NCBI GenBank assembly: GCA_024404275.1
Contig: JAKSQG010000008.1
Span: 1-22,979, forward strand
DNA: 22,979 bases
Direction: 5' to 3'
Origin: Clostridia bacterium
Lineage (GTDB): Bacteria > Bacillota > Clostridia > Christensenellales > Aristaeellaceae
The notes beneath the pieces were generated by a model that worked only from the letters and a program-made list of their open reading frames with translations, had not been told where the DNA came from and ran no database searches. Below, piece after piece: positions 17,232 through 22,979 of the stretch; the first letter of the stretch is position 1, and each line of letters opens with the position of its first letter. A program made the translations under genes and the position numbers.

Positions 17232-17920
17232 ACACCGTTCTTGCTGCCCTGGACCTGAACAAATACGGCTCCAGCGATTTCTGGACAAGCCAGTTTTCCA
17301 ACTTTACCCCGGCTACCGTGGCGCTGTGCCTGGTGCTGGCGTTGGTGACGGGCCTGCTCATCTCCTTTGTTTACAAAATCACCTACCGCGGCGTGCTCTA
17401 CAGCCCCCAGTTTTCCATGGTGCTGATCATGCTGACGCTGATCACCGCCCCTGTGGTGATGGCCATCGGCAGTGACGTGGCGCTGTCCATGGGCATGGTG
17501 GGTGCTCTGTCCATTGTACGTTTCCGTACCGCCGTCAAGGAGCCGCTGGATACCTGCTATATGTTCTGGTCCATCACGATGGGTATTCTGCTGGGCGCCA
17601 AGCAGTACGCCATCTCGCTGGTTGTGGCGGTGGGAATCGGCATTATTCTGATCCTGCTTTCCTTTGTCAAAATGCGTCATCCCAACGCTTACCTGATGGT
17701 GGTGCATTATGATCCCTTTGCCGAGCCCGATATTCTGGATGAGGTGCGCCGTCATGACGCCCGCTCCCGTGTGCGCTCCAAGACCGTGACCCGCAGCGGT
17801 GCCGAGATCACCATTGAGCTGCTGCTGCGCAACCGCACGGACATTGTCGGCCATATGCTGGACCTCAAGGGCGTGCATGACGCCACGCTGGTCGCCTGCC
17901 AGAACGAAACCGGAGCTTAA
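17228..17920 (+). CDS. DUF4956-like multi-pass membrane protein
   Basis: 230 aa with several TM segments. The motif SIVRFRTAVKEPLD and pairing with a VTC-domain gene are typical of DUF4956 as I remember it. Translationally coupled to the tetR-family gene (ATGA). Stop TAA. Confidence 0.75.
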   Translation: MNTVLAALDLNKYGSSDFWTSQFSNFTPATVALCLVLALVTGLLISFVYKITYRGVLYSPQFSMVLIMLTLITAPVVMAIGSDVALSMGMVGALSIVRFRTAVKEPLDTCYMFWSITMGILLGAKQYAISLVVAVGIGIILILLSFVKMRHPNAYLMVVHYDPFAEPDILDEVRRHDARSRVRSKTVTRSGAEITIELLLRNRTDIVGHMLDLKGVHDATLVACQNETGA

Positions 17921-17922
17921 CA

Positions 17923-18627
17923 ATGGCTGTACCGCTTCGACATGAGCTGAAGTTTTTCATCTCGCCCATCCAGTATCAGGTGTTATCGCGAACGCTCAAG
18001 GCGACGCTCAACCCCGATCCCAACGGTGATGAGAATAATCAGTATCACATCCGCTCGCTGTATTTTGACACGGTGTTTGACGATGCGCTGATGGACAAGA
18101 TCGGCGGTACCGCCAACCGTGACAAGTACCGCATCCGCATTTATAACTTCAGCGATAAAATGATCCGTCTGGAGTGCAAAAGCAAGTTCAGGGACCTGAT
18201 CTCCAAGCGCAGCGTGCGCATCAGCCGTGACCTTGCCGAGCAGCTCATTGCCGGTGACCCCACGGGACTGGAAAATACACGTTCCGGTCTGATGAGCGAT
18301 ATGTACCGGGAGATGCGCACCAAGCTGCTGCATCCCGTGGTCATTGTGGACTATCTGCGTGAGGCGTATCTGCACCCTGTGGAAGAGGTGCGCATCACCT
18401 TTGATATGCAGCTGCGCAGCGGCGTGGGCAGTAAAGACCTGTTCAATCCGCATGTGCCCACGGTGGCGCCGTTTGACCATGATGAGATTATTCTTGAGGT
18501 CAAGTATAACGAGTGCCTGCCGCCGTACATTGCCAACATCCTCACCTATGCGCTGCGGGACGGCGCCTGCCGCTCGGCCATCAGCAAGTATGTGTGGTGC
18601 CGCCGGTTTGAATTCAAGGACTTCTGA
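17923..18627 (+). CDS. VTC-domain (polyphosphate polymerase-like, triphosphate-tunnel fold) protein
   Basis: Alternating charged beta-strand motifs RHELKFFI, IRSLYFDT, KYRIRIY, IRLECKSK and IILEVKYN, typical of a CYTH/VTC tunnel. Starts 2 nt after the DUF4956 gene. Stop TGA. Confidence 0.8.
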   Translation: MAVPLRHELKFFISPIQYQVLSRTLKATLNPDPNGDENNQYHIRSLYFDTVFDDALMDKIGGTANRDKYRIRIYNFSDKMIRLECKSKFRDLISKRSVRISRDLAEQLIAGDPTGLENTRSGLMSDMYREMRTKLLHPVVIVDYLREAYLHPVEEVRITFDMQLRSGVGSKDLFNPHVPTVAPFDHDEIILEVKYNECLPPYIANILTYALRDGACRSAISKYVWCRRFEFKDF

Positions 18628-18644
18628 GAACGAAGGGATTTGAG

Positions 18645-18690
18645 GGGGAGAGGTACGCTTTACGATGCCGAAAAGCATACCTCTCCCCCC
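18645..18690. other. Perfect 12-bp GC-rich hairpin (gggggagaggta / tacctctccccc) just after the VTC gene
   Basis: Arms at 18645-18656 and 18679-18690. No clear T-run follows, so it is only a weak terminator candidate. Confidence 0.6.
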
Positions 18691-18728
18691 TTGACTCTCT
18701 CTTGGAGAAAAGGCGGTCAAAGGTAATA

Positions 18729-18779
18729 AAAAAGCACCCTTGCATTGATGAAAGTCATCAGACATCAAAGCAAGGGTGT
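18729..18779 (-). terminator. Rho-independent terminator for udk (minus strand)
   Basis: 16-position stem, 15 pairs and one mismatch: cacccttgcattgatg (18736-18751) with catcaaagcaagggtg (18764-18779). On the minus strand it is followed by TTTTTT (A-run 18729-18734). Confidence 0.7.
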
Positions 18780-18817
18780 GATATTGTGCGAAAAACTGCC
18801 CTTTCTCGGGTGGGGTT

Positions 18818-18862
18818 TGGGGCGACCATGCTTTCAGGCTCTGAAAGCGTGGTCGCCCCAAC
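18818..18862. other. 21-bp near-perfect hairpin with a 3-nt loop, 6 nt beyond the udk stop
   Basis: ttggggcgaccatgctttcag gct ctgaaagcgtggtcgccccaa, with one G-U pair. No flanking T-run on either strand. Confidence 0.7.
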
Positions 18863-18868
18863 AAAATC

Positions 18869-19483
18869 TTATTCGTTTTTGCTCAGCTCGCTGCGCAGAT
18901 AGCCGGCAAGAATCTCCACGATACGGGCATTCTTGCCGCCGCGGGTGACGATCACATCGGCATCATTGGCATAGTTGCGGATGTATTTTTCATACATCGG
19001 TTTGACCGTGGAACGGTACTGCTCGGAAATGTCCTCGATCTGGCGTCCTCTGTCACGGATGTCGCGCTTGATGCGGCGCAGCAGGCAGATATCGGGCTCC
19101 ACATTGATGTACAGCTTGAGGAACATCTTGTCCCGCAGACGGTCATCAAAGAAGGCATGAATGCCTTCCACCACCACTACATCGGCCGGCTGCAGCATCT
19201 GTGTGGAGGCGGTGCGGCGGTGCTGGGAAAAGTCATACGCCTTACGGGGCACGCTCTTGCCCTCCATCAGGGCACACACATCCCGGTAGAGCAGGTCATG
19301 GTCAAAAATATAAGGCTCATCATAATTGAGCCGGGTACGCTCCTCAAAGGACATATCGGGATGATCCAGATAGTAGGCGTCCTGATTGATCATCACGCTG
19401 GTGGCGCCCACCGCGTTGCAAAGCTCTCTGGCCAGCGTGGTCTTGCCCGAGCCGCTGGCGCCGCAGATTCCGATAATTATCAT
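18869..19483 (-). CDS. udk: Uridine kinase
   Basis: P-loop GICGASGSGKTTLA and ...VVVVEGIHAF...RRIKRDIRDRGR. GGGAGG RBS 9 nt upstream. Stop TAA. Confidence 0.93.
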   Translation of the reverse strand: MIIIGICGASGSGKTTLARELCNAVGATSVMINQDAYYLDHPDMSFEERTRLNYDEPYIFDHDLLYRDVCALMEGKSVPRKAYDFSQHRRTASTQMLQPADVVVVEGIHAFFDDRLRDKMFLKLYINVEPDICLLRRIKRDIRDRGRQIEDISEQYRSTVKPMYEKYIRNYANDADVIVTRGGKNARIVEILAGYLRSELSKNE

Positions 19484-19564
19484 GGCATTCTGCCTCCCTT
19501 ATGAAAACAGGATACATTATCCTGCCGCTTCTGTCAAGCACGGCATTTTTCTTCCATATTGCGC

Positions 19565-19593
19565 TTGAAAACAGGGCGTGATGATGCTATAAT
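19565..19593 (+). promoter_or_regulatory. SigA-type promoter for mscL (TTGAAA, 17 nt, TGn-TATAAT)
   Basis: TTGAAA at 19565-19570, 17-nt spacer, tgcTATAAT with the -10 at 19588-19593. Confidence 0.7.
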
Positions 19594-19625
19594 TCCTTTT
19601 AGTAATGAAAGGAGTGTTTACACTT

Positions 19626-20084
19626 ATGAAAAAGATGCTGAAAGAATTCAAAGCCTTCGCGATGCGCGGCAACGTGCTGGATATGGCGGTCGGCGTCATC
19701 ATCGCCGGTGCCTTCGGCAAGATCGTGACCTCTCTGGTCAATGACATCTTCATGCCCTTCATCGGTCTGCTGACCGGCGGCACCAACGTGTCCAAGATGT
19801 TCTTCCTGCTGGGCAAGGCTCCCGAAGGCGTGGAGATCACCAGCCTGGAGCAGGCGACCGAACTGGGCATCGCCACCATGAACTACGGCGTGTTCATCCA
19901 GACCATCATCGACTTCATCCTGGTGGCGCTGTGCATTTTCTTCGTGGTCAAGCTGTTCAACAAGATGGCCCCCAAGAAGCCCGCTGCTCCCGCCAAGGAT
20001 CCCCGCAAGTGCCCCTACTGCTTCTCTGTCATCGATGACAAGGCGACCCGCTGCCCCCACTGCACCAGCGAGCTCAAGCAGTAA
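19626..20084 (+). CDS. mscL: Large-conductance mechanosensitive channel MscL with a C-terminal CxxC...CxxC zinc-ribbon tail
   Basis: FKAFAMRGNVLDMAVGVIIAGAFGKIVTSLVNDIFMP. Start taken at the ATG at 19626, downstream of AGGAG. C-terminus CPYCFSVIDDKATRCPHCTSEL. Stop TAA. Confidence 0.92.
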   Translation: MKKMLKEFKAFAMRGNVLDMAVGVIIAGAFGKIVTSLVNDIFMPFIGLLTGGTNVSKMFFLLGKAPEGVEITSLEQATELGIATMNYGVFIQTIIDFILVALCIFFVVKLFNKMAPKKPAAPAKDPRKCPYCFSVIDDKATRCPHCTSELKQ

Positions 20085-20101
20085 TCCATTCGTTCTTATT
20101 C

Positions 20102-20130
20102 CGGCTCGGGTGCATACCCGGGCCGTTTTT
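20102..20130 (+). terminator. Rho-independent terminator after mscL
   Basis: cggctcgggt gcat acccgggccg (one G-U pair) followed by ttttt. Confidence 0.75.
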
Positions 20131-20150
20131 CATCCCGAAAGGACAGTAAA

Positions 20151-21140
20151 ATGAAATTCAAGCATTTTTTCTGGGATTTTGACGGCACCCTGTTTGATAC
20201 CTACGGACGCATCGCCCGTGCGGCACAAAAATCGCTGCGGGATCATGGCGTTGACGTCACGATGGAAGAGCTGATGCCCGCTGTCAAGGTGTCGATCCCC
20301 CACGCGTGGAAGACCTTTGCTCCGCAGTTTGAGCGTAAGGAGCTGTCATCGACCTATCATCAGTACGCCGAAGAGGAAGGCTATGACACCATGCAGCCCT
20401 ATCCCGGGGCCATTCGCATGCTGGAAGCGGTGGTGGAGAACGGCGGCTGCAACTATCTGTATACGCTGCGCGGAAAAAGCGCCCTTGAAGCGCTGGATTA
20501 TTATGGCTTGAAGGGTTTGTTTCGTGATTGTGTGACCTCGCTGGACGGCTTCCCCGGAAAGCCCGCCCCCGACGCGCTCAATCATCTGGTGGAAAAATTC
20601 TCCCTGGATACCAAGGAGTGCATCATGATGGGCGACCGCGATATCGACCTCAATGCCGGCTTCAACGCGGGCATGAGCGCGGCTTTATTTGACCCCGAGG
20701 GATGGTATACCGATTTTCCCATTGATCGCCGCTACAATACCTTCTTTGACATGACCGCCGACCTGGTGTGGGAAAAGTGCGAGAAGAACCTGCAGGTGCG
20801 TGACCTGTTTGACATGCAGGAAAGGCTGCAGAAGCAGTTTGAGTCCAAATGGGGCGGCATAACGCCCAAGCGCGGACGGGAGCAGACGCTGTGGATGGTG
20901 GGGGAGATCGGTGAGGTCATTGACATCATCAAAAAGAACTCCGCTGAAAAGATCATGACGCGTCCCGAGCTGAAGCGTCTGCTGGCGGAAGAGCTGGCCG
21001 ATGTGAGCATGTATCTGTATGATGTGCTGCTGTGCTACGGCATCACGCCGGAGGAGTTTGCCGAGGTCTATCTGGAAAAACATCTGCACAACATGGGACG
21101 CGATTATCATCGTGAGCATGTTGAAAAGTACGGAAAGTAA
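20151..21140 (+). CDS. Fusion protein: HAD-superfamily phosphatase (N-terminal) plus MazG-like NTP pyrophosphohydrolase domain (C-terminal)
   Basis: HAD motif I FWDFDGTLFDT and motif IV MGDRDIDLNAG. C-terminal half has VGEIGEVIDIIKK and EELADVSMYLYDV, the acidic helices typical of MazG or dimeric dUTPase-like enzymes. Stop TAA. Confidence 0.8.
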   Translation: MKFKHFFWDFDGTLFDTYGRIARAAQKSLRDHGVDVTMEELMPAVKVSIPHAWKTFAPQFERKELSSTYHQYAEEEGYDTMQPYPGAIRMLEAVVENGGCNYLYTLRGKSALEALDYYGLKGLFRDCVTSLDGFPGKPAPDALNHLVEKFSLDTKECIMMGDRDIDLNAGFNAGMSAALFDPEGWYTDFPIDRRYNTFFDMTADLVWEKCEKNLQVRDLFDMQERLQKQFESKWGGITPKRGREQTLWMVGEIGEVIDIIKKNSAEKIMTRPELKRLLAEELADVSMYLYDVLLCYGITPEEFAEVYLEKHLHNMGRDYHREHVEKYGK

Positions 21141-21143
21141 ACC

Positions 21144-22979
21144 ATGCTGAGTGCAAACCTGAAAACCAAGATATCGATGCTGCCCGACAGCCCCGGCTGC
21201 TACCTGATGAAGCACGAGGGCAAGATCATTTATGTCGGCAAGGCTGTCAACCTCAAAAACCGTGTGCGCAGCTATTTTTACTCCAAAGAGCACACGCCCA
21301 AGGTAGCGGCCATGGTGGCGCAGATCGATGATTTTGATATTCTGCTGTGCAGCACCAATCTGGAAGCGTTGGCGCTGGAATGCAACCTGATCAAGCTGCA
21401 CATGCCGCATTACAACATCCTGCTCAAGGATGACAAGCACTACCCTTATGTGCGCATCGACAAGCGGGAGGCGTTTCCGCGGGTCACCATTGCACGGCGC
21501 ATGGTCAAGGATGGCGCGCAGTATTTTGGTCCGTATATCGGTGCCTCGGCGGTGCGGGATGCGCTGGAAGTGATCCGCAAGGCCTTTCCCATCCGCACCT
21601 GCACCCGTAAGCTGCCCAAGGAGCGCCCGGCCCGTCCCTGCGTGAACCATGAGATCGGACGTTGTCTGGGTCCGTGCTGCGGATTGTGCTCGGCGGAGGA
21701 TTACGGCAAGGTCATTGACGGTGTCATCGCCTTTTTGAACGGCAACAACAAGGAGATCATTGAGCGGCTGAAAAAGGAAATGTGGGACGCTTCCGCTGCC
21801 TATAACTTTGAGCTGGCAGCCATGAAGCGTGATGCCATTCACGATATCGAAGGACTGATGGAGCAGCAGAAGGCCATTCAGACGCGTGACAGCCAGCAGG
21901 ATGTGATCGGTCTGGCACAGGATGGACTGGATGCCATGGCGCAGGTGCTCATCATCCGCGATGGACGCATGATCGGCGGCGAAAGCTTTGCACTGCCGGG
22001 AGAGGGCTCGTAGCCGCGTGAAAACGTGCTGACATAGTTTACGCTGCGCTATTATGCCGACCGCATGCCCCCGAAGGAGATTCTGTGTCCCCTGATGGAG
22101 GAGCCGGAAGTGCTGCAGGAGCTGCTGCGCGAAAAGCGGGGCGGCGCTGTCAATATTCAGATTCCGCAGCGCGGGGATAAGCGCGCGCTGGTGCTGATGG
22201 CGGAGCGCAATGCCTGCGACGCACTGGAAAAACGCAATGCCCGTGCGCAGATCAAGGAAGAACGTACCGTTGGTGCTGTCAGGGAGCTGGCGCAGGCACT
22301 GGGCATGAAAACCGTGCCGAGGCGCATTGAGGGCTTTGATATTTCCAACACACAGGGTGTGCTGTCTGTCGCTTCCATGGTGGTGTTCATCGATGGTGAG
22401 GCAGCGCACAGCGAATACAGGCATTTTCGCATCAAGACGGTGGAGGGCGCCAACGATTTTGCCTCCATGAACGAGGTGCTGGGGCGGCGCTTTGAGCGTA
22501 CGCTGCGGGAGGATCCTGCCGAGCGCTGGGTAATGCCCGATATGGTGCTGATCGACGGCGGTCCCGAGCAGCTGCGCTTTGCACTGGAAGCGGTGCATGC
22601 GCTGGGGCTGGAGGTGCCCATGTTTGGTCTGGCAAAGGAGGAAGAAGCCATCTGGCTGCCTGACCGTGAGGAACCCATCCTGCTGGATCATCACACGCCC
22701 GCGCTGCATCTGATTCAGCGCATCCGCGATGAGTCGCACCGCTTTGCCATTTCGTATCACCGCAGCCTGCGCGGAAAGGCGGCGACGCATTCCACGCTGG
22801 AGGATATTCCCGGCATTGGTCCTTCCCGCAGGAGAGCGCTGCTGGCGCACTTTGGTTCCATTCGCAAGATGAAGGAGCTGGATGATCCCGAAGCGCTGCT
22901 GGTGGTCAAGGGGATGACACGCCCCGCGGCGGAGGCGGTCTTTGCCGCGCTGCATCCGAAGGACGAAGAAGAGAAATAA
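21144..22979 (+). CDS. uvrC: Excinuclease ABC subunit C, full length (611 codons) only if two in-frame TAG codons are read through
   Basis: GIY-YIG motif GCYLMKHEGKIIYVGKAVNLKNRVRSYF and the UVR domain lie before the TAGs. RIEGFDISNTQG, IDGGPEQL, IRDESHRFAI and the HhH motif LEDIPGIGPSRRRALL lie after them. One frame throughout: 22011-21144, 22035-21144 and 22065-21144 are all divisible by 3. Stop TAA. Confidence 0.92.
22011..22013 (+). other. In-frame TAG codon 1 in uvrC (context ggc tcg TAG ccg cgt)
   Basis: Protein context ALPGEGS*PRENV. Confidence 0.95.
22035..22037 (+). other. In-frame TAG codon 2 in uvrC (context ctg aca TAG ttt acg)
   Basis: Protein context ENVLT*FTLRYYADRMPPKEIL. 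Confidence 0.95.

Noticed and set aside
17204-18864. Minus-strand ORFs (239 and 293 aa) antisense to the DUF4956 and VTC genes
   Set aside because: His/Gln/Gly-rich shadow ORFs without RBSs. The plus-strand genes are coupled and fit known family features.
18702-18948. Two short plus-strand ORFs (66 and 67 aa) in the VTC-udk intergenic region
   Set aside because: They run through the hairpin structures and into the udk 3' end. They have no RBS and odd composition, so they are most likely non-coding.
19980-20084. C-terminal CxxC-x11-CxxC zinc-ribbon tail on MscL as a novelty
   Set aside because: I recall similar cysteine-motif tails on MscL from other Clostridia, so it is probably a known lineage variant. 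It is noted in the feature only.
1920-22037. Pyrrolysine insertion, or a systematic basecalling error at a methylation motif, as the explanation for the TAGs
   Set aside because: No pyl genes or methylamine methyltransferase genes lie in the window, and the affected genes are unrelated housekeeping genes. Pyl cannot be excluded without the whole genome. The five sequence contexts (CCGTAGGAG, GCGTAGGTA, CGATAGGAA, TCGTAGCCG, ACATAGTTT) share no single motif, which argues against a motif-specific error. Read-level checking is still needed.
20685-22955. 756-aa minus-strand ORF antisense to the HAD-MazG gene and uvrC
   Set aside because: Shadow ORF. It reads straight through the uvrC TAG sites because CTA is Leu on the other strand. 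UvrC motifs on the plus strand are unambiguous.
1716-22979. Treating alr, the tetR-family gene and uvrC as ordinary pseudogenes
   Set aside because: Not fully excluded, but disfavoured. All five lesions are the same codon (TAG). There are no indels or other stop types, downstream motifs are fully preserved, and TAG is never used as a terminator in 25 genes.

Overview
GC-rich chromosomal housekeeping region. Gene content, GGAGG-type ribosome-binding sites (RBS) and TTGACA-17-TATAAT promoters suggest a Clostridia-like Firmicute (inference). I support 26 CDS, mostly on the + strand. They are: a partial membrane-anchored coiled-coil protein built on a 42-bp tandem repeat; yebC; alr; rsmD-coaD; the rpmH-rnpA-yidD-yidC-jag cluster; a manA / Gfo-Idh-MocA oxidoreductase / MazG-like / UPF0489 operon; two secreted proteins of unknown function; a VanW/G5 protein; a TetR-DUF4956-VTC operon; udk; mscL; a HAD-MazG fusion; and uvrC. 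rpmH (5578..5712) and the left-edge repeat gene are missing from the ORF track. No tRNA, rRNA, CRISPR array or mobile element was seen. The main finding concerns the stop codon TAG. Three conserved genes (alr, a tetR-family gene, uvrC) are each split in the ORF track only by in-frame TAG codons, five in total. There is no frameshift, no in-frame TAA or TGA, and conserved motifs continue downstream of each TAG. None of the 25 CDS that end in the window uses TAG as its terminator (12 TAA, 13 TGA). This fits TAG being read as a sense codon (reassignment or constitutive amber suppression) better than three independent pseudogenes. The many long antisense ORFs in the track are shadow ORFs of GC-rich coding DNA.
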